A stretch of DNA of 64,000 nt from Chrysomallon squamiferum (GCA_012295275.1 CM022670.1:20770001-20834000); one strand, 5' to 3'; positions 1 to 14,380 are shown, counted from the stretch's first letter. The notes: generated by a model not told the origin, from the letters alone. A program made the numbers and translations.

Positions 1-324
1 AAAGTCTGTTTTACATTTTGTTTTTAAATATCAGTATTTAATTCCTTTAATATTCTAGGAAAGCAAAGACGAAGTTATTTTCCTCTAATAAATTATACAT
101 TTACATTTCTTTATCGGTGATATTATTTTAGTAACTTTAAACAATGAATGCTTTAAAACTGATAGGCGTTGCATATTATATTATTGCTTTTTAAAAATTA
201 TCTTACAGAAATCTCCAGTAGTTAGATAATAATGTCTAAAACTTGCGAGAACGACAAGAAGTAACGAAACCTACCAGCGTTTCCTAGAATGTGTTTCTTA
301 ATCTTAGTAATGGTAACAACATCA

Positions 325-385
<61 letters not shown>

Positions 386-1207
386 CGACCACGACGATGA
401 TGATGATGATAATGACTACGAAAATGACGATAATAAAGATGCTAAAATGATGTAAAAATAAATATCACATATTTATTAAACTGTTATTTTAATATAATAA
501 TATGTTGTATTGTTGTCTGAATAACAGAGATAAAACATAAATATCAACAAACAGACATACAGACGTGCAAGGAAAACAGAATATAAAAAAAAACAAATTA
601 ACAATCTGTACATAACTTGAGATTTGTAACAGTCCCATATAGTTTTCATTTTGCAGGGATTAAAATATTAATGGGCGACAAAAGTCTGTTACTAAGGAAA
701 TAACAAATCGATTTATGTTTATTAACTGCAGACAATGCAAACGCTGCATCAATTCGTAATATTGTTTGCGTACTGTTTTGAACGCCTACCTTTACACTTT
801 CGGAACTATTCGGAAATACCATAGGGAGTATTTTGTATATATGTATGTATGCATGCATATGTGTGTGTGTGTATGTGTGCATGTATGGTAATATCTACGT
901 ATGTAGGAAGTAATTAGCTGTGTGTATTTGTGCACAAACGCACTGGTATTGTTATGTTTATAGTTGTAAGCGCCGTAAAACGGTGGAAAACTGAACACAT
1001 TCAGAAATAAACCATCACTATTGTTCATTTAATAGCACTGCAAATGCGCTAAAGCTATTACTAATTATTTATCTAACTGTACTAAGAAAAAAAAAAACCT
1101 GTCACAAATAAACTAAAGCGAACTATATAGACATATTCTGGAAAATTAGTCATTTTATAAAACATGTAATCAAATAGTCTCTGATCCAAAAACTACAACC
1201 AAACAAA

Positions 1208-2283
1208 CTATTTAATAATATTAGCATTGCCATAATAAATATATCTGAATATTTCACCGACAGTATTGTTGATTCTCTTTGATATTTTCTGGATCATATT
1301 TTTCTGATCTCAGTTTCGACCACAAGTGTACAACGTAATTCTTTTTCTTCCAGTCGTAAATTTTCCCAGTACCATAGAGCACATTCAGACCTTCCTCACT
1401 CCAGTTAGGTCGACACAGGGAGGTTTCTTCAGTGTGTAATTAAGTTTTTGTGTCGAAGGGCTATTTTCGCAGGCACTAATATGGCATGTTCAGCCCAATT
1501 TGTATCATCAAAAGTCTTGTACTTCGAATGCCACAGTTTCATGAATTCTGCCCAAGGTGTGGCTATGATTGTACTGCTACCTAGTCCATAAGATGTTTCG
1601 TATCCCATTACTGTCTCGTATTTGAGCAAAGGATCCAGAGGATTCACAACAAAAGAATCCAAATCAAAATACATTCCTCCAAATTCCAAGATGGCCTCAA
1701 TTCTAATAACATCTGATTTATGTTCTAACACATTCACTGGTCTTCCGTATATTTCTTTTGGAATTTCTCTCTGAATGAGATATAGGTTTTTAACCTTTAG
1801 CAGTAGTTCATCAAAATATTTTCCTTCAGGAAAACTATCAATCCACAAAAAAATTCGTTTGGGTTTAATAAATCTTTGTGCAGCTAAAATGGCTACCAAA
1901 GCCTTAAACTGAAACATTTTTTTCTTCGGTCCAAGATGAGACAACCAAATGAAATGAACCAAACTAGGAACAACGGTTTTCTCGTGGGTTATATTTCTAG
2001 AATAATTCACTGATGAAGTTAACATGCGTTTAAACGTGTCATTCCTGTGGTAAATGTAATACGTTTTCGATTCGTTTTTTTTACATATGTTTTGTTCCAT
2101 GCACCACTGAGAGATAGGTTTAGCAGGTACACTTTTATCTTGCTGCGATTTGGTAACATTAACATTTAAGGGTTGAAACATAATTTCCTTTATTACTTTG
2201 TTGTCCTTAAAATGCCACGATGAAAACAGAATCAGCATGAAAATGGAGGTGACTAGAATAGTCAAGAAAACAGTTTTCTTCAT
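1208..2283 (-). pseudogene. GT32 glycosyltransferase copy 1 (alpha-1,4-GlcNAc/Gal transferase-like), frameshifted
   Basis: ATG at 2283 (MKKTVFL) follows a TTTTTTCTAG acceptor. It has a type II TM anchor, VPSLVHFIW, and HKSDVIRIEAILEFGGMYFDLD (DxD). Relative to copy 2 there are +1 insertions at ~1437 and ~1277. The homologous C-terminus (..GEIFRYIYYGNANIIK*) ends at TAG 1208-1210. Confidence 0.85.
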
Positions 2284-3466
2284 TTTCTGCTGCAAGTTTA
2301 ATACCTAGAAAAAGATTCTTTTGAAATATTAATTTTGTTTAGACAAATTCGGCTGCAAAATAAGATTATTAATATCTGGAATCCATACAGCTACGACACA
2401 TAACGATGATGATGATGGTAATATGATGATTATAATGATTAAAATCTATTTCCATGATATTCATTTAAAATTCAATATAATAATATTAATAACATCTATA
2501 GTCTTGTTTCTGCTACTACAATTACCACTAGTACTAATACTACTATTACTACTACTCCTATTTCTATTAATGCTGTTACTGCTGTTACAGTTGTGAAGAT
2601 AACGTTAATAATATAAATAATAATAATCGCACTGCTGCTGCTTCTTCTCCTATTACTATTAGTATTTTTACTACTGTTGCTACTACTATTATTGTTGCTA
2701 CAGTAATTATTATTATTACTGCTATTAATATTATTATTACTACTACTATTACTACTATCAATATGCTTACCTGTAAGCTCTTGAAATATGTCTGTATTAT
2801 GATTACCTGCAAAAAAGTACGATATAACATTAACAGCAGAATATCCACAGGAATGTATGTTACCTGATAACAATTAGATGCAATTAACTTCTGAAATAGA
2901 AAAGGCACAGTAGTGGAAGGCATTTGCAACATTCTATTTTTTTTTTTTTTTTTTTTTTTTTAACTGTGAAATGAAATCGTTGCTTTAACAACATCCATAA
3001 AAAATACATATTGTTAAGTAAGCTAGCACATACACAAACGGGTCGTCATTGATTCTAATATCGATTGCAGCAGGTAGAAAATCTCGCACAATGGCCATTT
3101 ATAAAATGATTTCACTAGCTGCAGCGGAAAACAACCCACTGAGAAAGACTGCAACTTTGATCTTTCAGGCTTTAGATTTACATTGATAACTGATCAACTG
3201 CTTATTCTCAGCTTTCTGCAGTGGCTGCTGGAAGACATCCCACCCCCCCCGAAACACTTCTCCGCCCCCAAACAAACCCCGCCCAAAAAGATTACCCCTA
3301 GTTGTACAGTTCTAAACGGTTAAATACAGTTTAAAGCATATTTATTTTAGTTAATTAATGTCAAGGTCCCGTTAAGCGTAGGGTTTCGTTAACTATCAAC
3401 TTAATGAAAATAATTTTAGAATACATTTGTTGTTGTATATATGGCAAAAAATCGTGTTCTAAAACC

Positions 3467-3635
3467 TCATAATGTGAAACGGTGGTCATATGTACAATAA
3501 TAGTTCCTAAATGCTGCTTGAAATTCAAACAGAATATCATTTGTTTCAACAAACCTATTTAATCTGTTACTTAACGCATTACTTAAATATTTTCCAAAAC
3601 AATTAAGACATTTAATAGTTCTATGATTTTCACAC
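3467..3635 (-). mobile_element. Non-LTR retrotransposon (L2/CR1-like) reverse transcriptase fragment
   Basis: Translation ENHRTIKCLNCFGKYLSNALSNRLNRFVETNDILFEFQAAFRNYYCTYDHRFTL resembles the LINE RT motif NYRPISLL..LGKLF..ILNNRL......L.E.Q.GFR...ST.DHIFTL. Confidence 0.8.
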
Positions 3636-4294
3636 TCATTAATATAAAGACACATACATACATATATGTATATACACATATACACATTATCATACGTATT
3701 TACACGCGAACACACATATAAGTAGCAGCAACATATCTGTGTAATATTTCTGTGTGCATTAAACAGAGAATAGTTGTTCCTAAACACATACAAATATACA
3801 TGCATCTGATATGTTTGATATTAAAAAAATATTTCTAAATAATCTTTGAAAAGGTTTTAAATATATATTTTTAAATGTTTTGTATTGTTCAAGCAGTGTA
3901 TTTTTTTTTTTTTTTTTTTTATTTTACAGTTTTTATATATAATTTTAAAATGTTTTATGTATCTGAATAAATGGTTGTCTTGATGACCGAAAGGTGAACG
4001 GGTGTCTTAGTTCAAGTCTCGTCAGCGGCATCTGATGGGGTGTGTGAGGCCGAATAATAACTGTGTGCAGAGTTTAATGAGACGTACATAACCGAAAATA
4101 TTGAAATCCTAAAAATGTAATGCAAACATACATAAACTATACCTATATAATTCAACAATGTATTGTTGTTCGTATCAAATACAAAGCTTTCAAGGTAAGT
4201 ATTAATAATTCCAGGGTTTAGCAATATGATACCATTAATTACAACAGTTTCGAGATATAGGGGGAGTGCACTGCGAACCAGCGCATTCTAAATA

Positions 4295-4620
4295 TGAAAA
4301 TCATGCATTTTAAAGGTCTGAGGCATCAGTTTTATAGAGAATCTCATATATAAAAGAAGATAACCACGCATGTTACAGGAAAAGTCTTATATTTTTAAAG
4401 AAGAGATCATATATGTTAATAAAGAAAGTGACGTGTTTTATTAAGGAAATCATTTTAAAGACCAGCCATGAATGTTATTGAAGAGAATCTCGAATTTTAA
4501 AGGATAAGTCACATATTCTAAAGAGAGTATACACAATATAAAAGAGGTCATACATTTTAAAAGCGAGACATGCATTTTAATGAAGTAAGTTACAACATAC
4601 AGTCACACGTTTTGAAGAAT
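4295..4620. repeat. Degenerate ~21-bp minisatellite
   Basis: A unit resembling GTCATRCATTTTAAAGRRGA recurs many times with high divergence. Confidence 0.55.
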
Positions 4621-6061
4621 CCAACAACCATGAAGGCATCTAGTCAAAACAATATTATTGCAAATGCATTTGTTTCAACGAAGAAGAAAATAATATAAAC
4701 TTTCTAGCTTTCACATATTTCAGTTCATCTTTTGGAAAATCATTACAGCTCGTCAGTCCATTATCCGAATAATGAAAAAAAAAAATCGAAAATCAATATT
4801 TTTAAAAACCTTATTTATCTTTTATATAATCATCTCCAGCTATGTTCAAGTACTTTTCTGTTACAAGAGTTATTCAGTTTGTTTCCTTACCGCACAACCA
4901 GGAAGACAGTCTGTTTTGTATACTATTTATAGGATGCTTATCCTAAGGCATGAAAGATCTGCTGTACGCCACGTTTCAGAGATAAATGAAAGGCATACAA
5001 TTCATACCTTTTATATGCATTTTTCATCATTGTACGATTGCTAATTCATTATTAGTTTAGTGATTCAACAAACATGCTGTTGCTAACAGGAAGTCGGAAA
5101 ACTGCTCCATGGTAACCTTGATATCGATTAGTGAACAATAACAGAACATACTTCCTTAAACATCGGCAGACGGCTAATAATATCTTGGAATCAGTTTTAT
5201 ATTTATTTATTTATTTATTTATTTATTATTTTTATGATATTTTTCAATATTTAACTTACGGTCACATTATTTAAAGTACATAAATATTGTTAATAATATA
5301 TACCGATTACTTTTGTAAATCGAAACATCGAACAATCTAAATATCGACGTATTAAGAGAAATCATCATTACGAATAAAAAATAATACGATATCCTGGATA
5401 TCTTACCTAATCAGTATCTCTCTACATTTTCTAATGACAGAGCTCACTCGGAAATCAGTCATCGTCTTAGTATTCGTTAATAGCTTATACTTAAACTTTG
5501 CAGTTGTTTCTATTAGTTTATTTGTTTCTTGGAGTTTATTTGGGGGGTTTTGTTTGTTTGTTTGTTTTGTTTTTCTCAGCTGGCTTTTTTTTTTATATAT
5601 ATCTTTGTATCGGATTGGTCAAGCACTCAGTGTTTTATCTCGTGTACAGGTTTTATCAGGAGAAGCCTTTCTGAATGTTCGAATTATTTCTAGAGAATTG
5701 TAGGCGTCAGCTGGAAGTTGATCCATACTGGACCTGGTACAGATTTTCTTTTCTATCACTGGAAGTGCCTTGCTCTAGGTTGGTCCACGCTTTGGTGGAT
5801 TTTGGGTGGTTATTGAGTTGAATGTCATCGAACAACTACTACCAGCAAAGCATTTTTGAGTTTATGGTGTGCACAGTTAAAAGAACAAACAATAAGTAGC
5901 CAAACCCGTCTTATTCAACAATCAAAGACCACTGTGTATAATTTCTATCGACCTATAAATGAATGCAATGCCATAATTATAAATAAATCATGTTTCAGGC
6001 AAAATTTCACTTTTAGGGTAAATAATCGTTTCGTGTGTTTTACTTCGTCTGTCAAACTTGG

Positions 6062-6595
6062 CAATGATGATAATGGCTTTATTCTCATAAACTGTAGGAT
6101 TACAGTACAGAGAAGAATGTATTACAGCTATATAATAACAAAATTAAAATGCACATGCATGGAAGTTTAACGTGGAGGACATACTCTCTCACATATAGTT
6201 CTTATTAACAAACATAGCTTTTTTTAATACAAATATATTTTATCTGTTAAACTAATTATTATATGAAATTATATTTGGATGTCTCACATATTTATCTTCT
6301 ATACCTTTTCTTGCATTTAATAACATAGGATCATTACATTCAGATATATAATGATATTCATCTTCAATTTTGTAAGTAAACAGATATGACACTTTCTGTT
6401 TTCTTTTAGAATATTAGACCATCGTCCAGTTTCAATAGGAAGTTTAGCCGTCGAGGTTCTAAAATTACATATGACATAAGCATTATTTTGAGACAGCAAA
6501 GTAAGATAGTTTTCTAATATCAATTCATTTTTAAAATGTTTATAATTAATACTCTTTAGAGACTTTTCAATTTGATTTTTTATATTTTGGATATT
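6062..6595 (-). mobile_element. 5'-truncated LINE 3' end inserted in the first non-coding exon of GT32 copy 1
   Basis: Translation CNFRTSTAKLPIETGRWSNILKENRKCHIC is typical of LINE ORF2 C-termini (KFR.S.HKLPIETGR...R.C..C). The flanks on both sides align contiguously with 20230-20390 on the other duplication arm. Confidence 0.8.
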
Positions 6596-6683
6596 CTGGG
6601 AGCACTTCTAACGCGTAGTCTATTAAAGTATCAATGCTCTAAAGAATGTGTTTACGTCCGTCGCACACTTTATCCGTGAGTTT

Positions 6684-6951
6684 GAAATATTGATTCCGTA
6701 ACAAGACCATTCCCGATTGTTAAACTGATCTATGAATTGTCAATCGTAACAGCTGTATCTTCGAACAACAATCAGATTGAAATATTTACTACATAACAAG
6801 ACCCTTCCCGATAGTTGATTTGCTCTATTAATTGTCAGTCGTAACAGCTGTATCTTCGAACAACGATCAGATTGAAATATTTACTGCGTAAAAAGACATC
6901 TCCCGAGCGTTGAACTGCTCTATTAATTGTCAGTCGTAACAGCTGTATCTT
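6684..6951. repeat. 95-bp tandem repeat, ~2.8 copies
   Basis: Units start with GAAATAT at 6684, 6779 and 6874 and share AATTGTCARTCGTAACAGCTGTATCTT. Confidence 0.9.
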
Positions 6952-7063
6952 ACAATGTAACTTCTTTCTAACCTGACATTTTTGCTGAGTAAATAATAAG
7001 GTTTTTCTTTTTCTAAAACTATATACAAATCAGCTGAAAGCAGGATCACAGTTTACTTTTAAT

Positions 7064-7789
7064 GGTTGTAGTAAAAAAAAATGGCACCGGAAAAAAATGG
7101 CACTGGATATAATGGCACCAGAAAAAATGGCCTCCGCAAAAAAAAAGGTACCCGAAAGAAATAGCACTGTGCAGATTTGGAAAAAAATGTACCTTTTTTT
7201 TTTTTATAGCTGCTTTAAAAGAAACTTAAATGTATTAAACGTTTGAAAATACTGTTTATTCATGCAATATACATACATGTATATTAATATATACCATACT
7301 GTGTTGTATAATATATACTGTGTTGCTGAACAAAGTACAGTATTATATCAGGGTTTAATACTGTACACACACACACACACACACACATACACATACATAT
7401 ATACACACATACTTACATACATTTGCACACACATACATAAATACATACATACATATATGTATAATATACACATATACACACATAAACAAATACACCCATG
7501 TATGCTTTCATGCGTACTTTTATATATACATGAGTACTTTTATATAATCATACACGTTCATACAGGTGTAACTAATGTACATACGCATATCACAGTTAAA
7601 ATATGCTCCAGAATGATATCATTCAGTCAGTTCAAACATAGCATAAGATATATGTATATGTGTGCATTTGTATTTATATATATATATATATATATATATA
7701 CGTGTATATGTGTGTATGTGTGTGTGTGTGTGTATATATGTATGTATGTGTGTGCAAATATATGTATGTGTAAATATATATATGTGTGT

Positions 7790-7820
<31 letters not shown>

Positions 7821-8043
7821 TTGTATATGTGGATATATGTATGTGTATACGTGTAATATTAAACTCTGATATAATACTGTACTTTGTTAAGCAAAATCAA
7901 ATGGCTGAGTGATGCTATATATTAATATACATCTATGTTACAATATTGCATGAATAAACTGTATTTTCAAAGAAATCAGCCATATCTTGCTAGTGCCATT
8001 TTTTCCGGTGCCACTTCTTCCAGTGCCATTGTTTCCGTTGGCC
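7064..8043. mobile_element. Foldback/Mutator-like MITE with long TIRs and 9-bp TSD
   Basis: TSD ACTTTTAAT at 7055-7063 and 8044-8052. Terminal AAAAATGGCAC arrays are mirrored by GTGCCATTTTT. Inner arms (7240-7370 vs 7845-7970) are inverted copies, with a CA-rich vs TG-rich centre. The element is absent from the paralogous arm. Confidence 0.85.
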
Positions 8044-8184
8044 ACTTTTAATAGCATAGATAAATGGTCTTATACAAATTTTATACTAGCAATTTTTTTA
8101 TTTGATTGTTTTGTGGACGTAACGATCAGCATTCGTGACAAATGAAATAATACGTGTCTGTATGTATGAAAGTACAAATCATTT

Positions 8185-8272
8185 GAACGCCGCCATTTTA
8201 TCTTTTCACGCGCCATAGTACAACCAACACTTTTTAGGCCGTGATTTATCGATAATCAGTTTTAAGGTAAGT
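8185..8272 (+). promoter_or_regulatory. Putative TSS/first exon of a partner transcript head-to-head with GT32 copy 1
   Basis: CGCCGCCATTTT (YY1-like initiator motif) is followed by a strong donor AAG|GTAAGT at ~8266. It is conserved in inverted orientation at ~19500-19620. Confidence 0.45.
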
Positions 8273-8499
8273 AAGATTGTGAAATTAATATTTTACGTTT
8301 TGGGGGATGATCTGACATGGAATTATTAATATTCGTATTATTACAATTGTTATCATTATTTCATTCTGTTTTCTTTCTCTTTAGACATAATGATAAGCAC
8401 ATTAAACAAAAAAAAATTAAAAAGCCACAATTTAATGACACTGATGAGATAACTGAGGTTGAATATATTGTTGTCAAGGTTTCTACGAAATCGCATTAA

Positions 8500-8741
8500 A
8501 CTGCTCAGGATGATCTCATTTTAGATGACAAATATGAGTCTTGTCGTTAAGAAAGTTTCGGAGCGGAGTGATCAAAGGGTGGTGTTTGTTCTGAATGAGG
8601 ATAACACACTTCGTTTACTTACTGCTCAGGATGATCTCATTTTAGATGACAAATATGAGTCTTGTCGTTAAGAAAGTTTCGGAGCGGAGTGATCAAAGGG
8701 TGGTGTTTGTTCTGAATGAGGATAACACACTTCGTTTACTT
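8500..8741. repeat. Perfect 121-bp tandem duplication
   Basis: ACTGCTCAGGATGATCTC...CACTTCGTTTACTT occurs at 8500-8620 and again at 8621-8741. Confidence 0.95.
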
Positions 8742-9126
8742 GGGAGGATATTTTTGCATTTTTGTTCTTCATCCAGCATCATAAACCAGCAGGAGGTCTG
8801 GTGTATTAACTAACCCATTATGCTGTATGAAGTGACACACCTAGCGAGGTTAACTTAACCTTGTTCTATTTATAGTGAACATCGCCAAAGAGTATCACTT
8901 AGAAGTTTTGTGATATGAATGTAAACGGATTAGAAGCTGAAGATAAGATTTAAGAAGTGTTTTTTGAGAAGGTATTTCTGAACACCTGTTTGTTGCTCTT
9001 GTTCTTGCTCCTATTGCTGTTGTTGCTGCTGCTATTGATTTTGTTGTTGTTGTTAATTATTTTAATAATTTTTGTTATCACCAGCAGTACTTGTCTATTG
9101 TAATGTTTTCAATTTACAATTATTAC

Positions 9127-9187
<61 letters not shown>

Positions 9188-9394
9188 CTGTTTTTGTTGT
9201 CGTTGCTTTTGTTAATTATTTTATTTATTTCGTTAACACCAGTAATACATGTCTATTATAGTGTTTATATAATTATTCTTGTATCTAACAGCCGTAACCA
9301 ACTTGTGGTTCTATTCGAAGTACATACTAAATTCAAAATTACAAAAAATCAACTGTTTAAACGAAACATTACTCGCTATAAAATCACTGATAAA

Positions 9395-9578
9395 AGGGCA
9401 TTCCATGTCAAATCAACTCGCCAAAAAATAAGATTTTAACCTCACCATCTTCGATAATGCTGAAATTTGCTATATATGTGGAGCTGGCCTAATAAGCCCC
9501 AAATCTCAGTTATTAGTTAAATCGGAGCTGTAGTTTTGGCTTTAAACCCATTCGGTTGATTTAACATGGAATGACCCT
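9395..9578. mobile_element. ~185-bp MITE (TTAA-type target, Kolobok/piggyBac-like ends)
   Basis: TIRs AGGGCATTCCATGTCAAATCAAC and GTTGATTTAACATGGAATGACCCT, flanked by TAAA / TTAA. Confidence 0.75.
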
Positions 9579-9851
9579 TTAAAAAACAAAAAAATAATAA
9601 TACCCCCCCCCAAAAAAAAAAAAACCCCATTCATATATATTTAATGGCATGTTCTGTATAATATATCTTTCAACTGAGATATGAAAATAAATAAATAACC
9701 AGGATTGTTGTTAATAAACTCGGCTTTGAACAGACTGGCATGTGAGGGTAAATTCACTCAAATAAACGGCATCCTTTGCAATGAAAAAAGCTTGGGAATC
9801 ACTCACATCGTCACCAGTAATATATATATCGTAGCAGCTGTGATATATTAT

Positions 9852-9897
<46 letters not shown>

Positions 9898-12224
9898 TTT
9901 AGTATTAGTATTAGTATAGTATGTAACTTGTTACCATTAGTAATAAGTCTATAGTAGTATTTGTGATCTATTATTAATAGCAATATTAGAATTAGTAGTA
10001 TTGTATATACCTTGTCATAACCATTAATATGATTACAGCAGCATTTGTATATTATTACTGAATATAATTGTCATCACCAGTAATGTGTCTATTGTAATGT
10101 GATCGTAAGAAGTAGTAGTGATACTAGTAGTGGCTGTAGTAATACTTCAACTGTTGAAATTATAATACGATTATTACTTTTATCTTGTCATCATTAATAA
10201 TGTCTACAGCAGTATTTTTAATATATCATTATTATTATTATTGTTGTTGTTGTTGTTGTTGTTGTACACAAATTGTTACCGCCAGAAATATATCTATCGT
10301 AGTACCTGAAATATATTACTACTGTCATCACAAAAACTAAGTCTACTGTTGCATTATGATATTAAAATATATTTATATATTTGTGTATGTGTGTGTGAGG
10401 GAATATATAAATAAACACACAAATACACTCAAACACACACACAATCACCTGTTATCACAAGCGTTTTATAAAAGCGAATATTCTAGTATTCAGTCGTTGT
10501 ATTTCTTTCTAAAAATGCTCAAAATGATACATTATAAACTGACATATAGACATGCAAATAATTAGACAAATAGATGTAACATAAAGGAGAAAATCTCGTA
10601 TATAACTAAACAAAAAGTATCTAGGTGGGTATCCATGTCAATATAAACAAGCATCTAGAGATAGGTGACTATTTAAGAGTTGGTGAGACATTATGTATTA
10701 TCATTATCATTTGGAAAACATACACGCACATACCTATACATACATGTATACATGCACACAGTAATAAAAAAATATATTAGAGACAAATATAATATAATAT
10801 AATATAATATAATATAATATAATATAATATAATACAATATAACATAATAACAGATAGAAAGAAATATAATTTCACATTTTATCAAGATACTTGGTTTTCT
10901 CGTTAGAATTTTCTAAAAGGTTTTCTTCTCTGCCGATAACTGTTACAGAAATTAATGACGAAAATAAAATGTACTAAGTTAGTTTAATACCATTTAACGA
11001 ATTAATTTTCTGAAACAAATATTAAAACTATTCATTGTTTTTTTCTAAATATTTTGGATATTTCAGCATTTAGAACTGGTCACTGATTTGGTTTCATTTA
11101 CTTCCCATAAGACGTATTCGATTTGAGGACTTATTTGGAATACAAATTCGACTGGAACTAATCATTAACGTAACGAATAGACAGATAAATAAGCCGTTAT
11201 TAAAAGTATATTAGCAAACGAGAAGAGAAGACAGTTCTAACTAATGAGAGTTTTACATTGTCAAAAACAATTACTTATTTACCTCACCTGTACAGTGTTG
11301 AGCCTTCGTGCTAAATACTAAAAAGTATATAGCAAATCGTGCGTCTCACTTAAAGTTCCTCTACTCTTCGTCAGTTTGCTGAGCAGTGACGGTGAAGAAA
11401 ACTGTTTCATAAATAAACAAATATTTAAAGGGTCTTTACGGTGTGAATGTTACATTTAATGCATAGTCGCATTTGTAACCTCCGTTCTTAATCTGGTCCT
11501 GGGAATCATATGTAATTATATCAATAAAACTCTAAAGTTTTAAACAAATAACCACGACCATCCAGACACCAGTTTCATCACCAATAATAACAACAACAAA
11601 TTAATAAATAAATAATAATAATAATAATAATAAATATTAATTCATTTACACGACATCTCAAACTCGTATAATTCAGACCAGTAAAAGAAAATGGACTGAA
11701 ATTGTTTTTCTTTTTACAAATATTACACAGACTGCATGCTCTAAATTTTCTTAATTAAAAGAATAAAGTTATCAAGTCTCAGTCTTTTTTTTTTTTTTTT
11801 TTTTACAGACAATTTATCCGGCTTTTAGAAAACTGTCTTTAGACATGTATTCATTTATATCTATTTAATACAGTTTATTTTATTTTTTTTTTTTTTTTTT
11901 TTTTCGTTGTTTGTTTTACATATTAAGTATATTTTAAGTCTTAGTCCAAAAACCAGAAAATTCAGATATCAGGGTCACCTCCGTTTCTAAGCTTTAATGA
12001 TTTAGAACCTACATTATAATGATCGTTTTCAACGTGAACGGCTGGATCACGTGCGCATCACGTACTTATAGGACACGACCTATCCCACTTAAATGTTAGA
12101 GGAGGTAACAGAAACATGATCAAATACACGTATGTCATCCGGTTTCTCTCTGCACTGCGTAGTTCAGAGCAAGGAGCAAAGTCCCATTTCTATTGATAGT
12201 TAAATCTTAAGCAAAATTAGTACA

Positions 12225-12407
12225 CATTTAACTTTAATCATAACATCTCAACAAGAATTAAAATTATTGTTTACAAAGGTTCAATCCCTCTGTTAAGGTA
12301 TTAATTCACACTTATCTAGATAAATGACTGTGTGTATTATCTCCATTTACATATTCATGTAACCAAATGTGTCTTGCCTAGCCAAATGATTGGGTAATAT
12401 CTCTGTT
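12225..12407 (+). repeat. ~185-bp dispersed duplicate of the CCDC78-like last intron (14503-14692)
   Basis: Near-identical direct copy ACATTTAACTTTAATCATAACATCTCAAC...GCCAAATGATTG. Confidence 0.9.
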
Positions 12408-14380
12408 ATATATACTAATATATATATAACAGATATATATATATATATATATACAGTTTAAATAGCATACAATAAAGATATTTTCCAGCCTTGAATGTAA
12501 CAGAAATTCATCCACATATCCATCCACATACAAACATTACACATATATTTGTATTCACGCACACAATTAGACAAACACTTACACACGCAAACACACACGT
12601 GTATACTTATAAAATTATTGTGTAATTTTTCACATAACTTCTGATCTAATCAACATAGAATTGACCTGTACAGAAAATAATTTATGGATTTTTGAATATG
12701 TGGTGATTATAGTGTAACTGAAGATGAGAGAAAAAACATATCTCTAGAACTTCAGAATCGGATCACATTTTGTATCCATAATCACAGTGGCAATGTTGAA
12801 AAATAAGAATCTCAAAACAAATATTTTTAAAATATTTTTTTCTTATTTTTGTTACAGATAAATTCTATCATGTATAGATCAGTCGTTATACAAATTTAAA
12901 TGTGTAGAAGGACTTTATAATGTCCCTGCATATATCTTTCCAAGAAAATCTCATCAACAAACACTGTTTTTTCCCGAAATGAACCACTTAATATATATGT
13001 TACGGAAAAATAAATATTCATATAGTATTTTAAAATATGTTTTGTGTCTGATTCGCTGAAAAATATGTGTAAATCCAGAAATTTTCTCACACCTGATGGT
13101 AAAATATTATGGAAATTTCATTTAAAAAATAATCACATAGGTCTAATCTTGTTTATTATTCAGGAAGGAGTGATGTGCTATAAACAGTCTGACAACACTT
13201 GTTTGGTTCTGTAATCAAGAAGTTGAATTGTACAATGTTTTTTTTATATTATTTTTATTATTTTTTTCATTCCACAACTATAACAATCTATTGTACATCT
13301 ACATTGTTGTCATCTGGCATAACATATTTGTAATAATCCTGCTGAGATTAAAGAGTTTGTGGTAAAATGTTAACTATTTAATAGAAAGTATAAAAATAAC
13401 AACATTTTATATATTTTAAACTTTTATTTAGTAGATGGAGAACATTTCTGTTTTTCAAAATATGTTATATTTCTACAAACTTAATAACATTAGACACAAG
13501 GAATAATATTATAAAATTAAAACTGAAAATAAAATCAATATTTGACATTTATTTGACAAATATCATATTTTATAAATATCTTGCATCAAATTCAGTTTTT
13601 CTATTAATCAGTCTTCTACAATTTAAAACAAATTTGCCATGTATCATAAATATACACTGTACAAACAAAATAATTAATTTACAAAGTAATAGAAAATAAT
13701 ACAATATCTCAGTAATGAAAAGTGAAAGATAATAATCAAGTATTTAACACAACAATATAGATGTTGTTGATACAATATTCAACAGGTGGTAACAACAGGT
13801 ATGCAAAGTGTACACTAGTGTGTTTATGTGCATGTGTCTGTCTAAATGTGTGTATCAATACAAAATTTTTTTGATGGATGTGTGCATGTATTTGTTATGT
13901 ACAAGGTAATTTTAAAGTTATGATATAAATTAACAGCTTTAATAATTATTGCTTGTCTATTTAAGAAATAGCTCCTGCTAATATTTGTTTAACAATATTT
14001 TAACAGAAACAAAATAGTAAAACAGAAAATAGCACTTTTTAATAATACATTGGCTTATACCAAATATTTTGAACATTTCAAAACATATTTCTAGTTTATT
14101 TATTTTTTTTTTTTTTTCAGGTCTCAAAGTAAAGATTTAACTTTCTTATTATTGCATGTTATCACTACAGAATGACAAGAATTAAATTTACAAGAGATGG
14201 GTGTAATCAAACATTTCATTGTATTCATTTCTCTGGAACATTAAACTATTTCATAAAATAATCAAATTTCAATTAAAGAATAACTTTACTCTTTAATAAA
14301 ACTGACATTATTAGTTTTCTCTAGTTGAAACATGTATTTTTACAATCTGCTCAAGAATAAAATTTTATATATTGTTATAG

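Noticed and set aside
3975-4030. Hammerhead-ribozyme-like TTGATGACCGAAAGGTGAAC (and CTGACGAG on the minus strand)
   Set aside because: The core needs CUGANGA...GAAA with closing stems. Both orientations give GAAC and lack convincing helices I and III.
9711-9820. Peptide SDSQAFFIAKDAVYLSEFTLTCQSVQ faintly resembling TRAP-delta (SSR4)
   Set aside because: It is too short, has no clear splice sites, is followed by a stop, and no other exons were seen.
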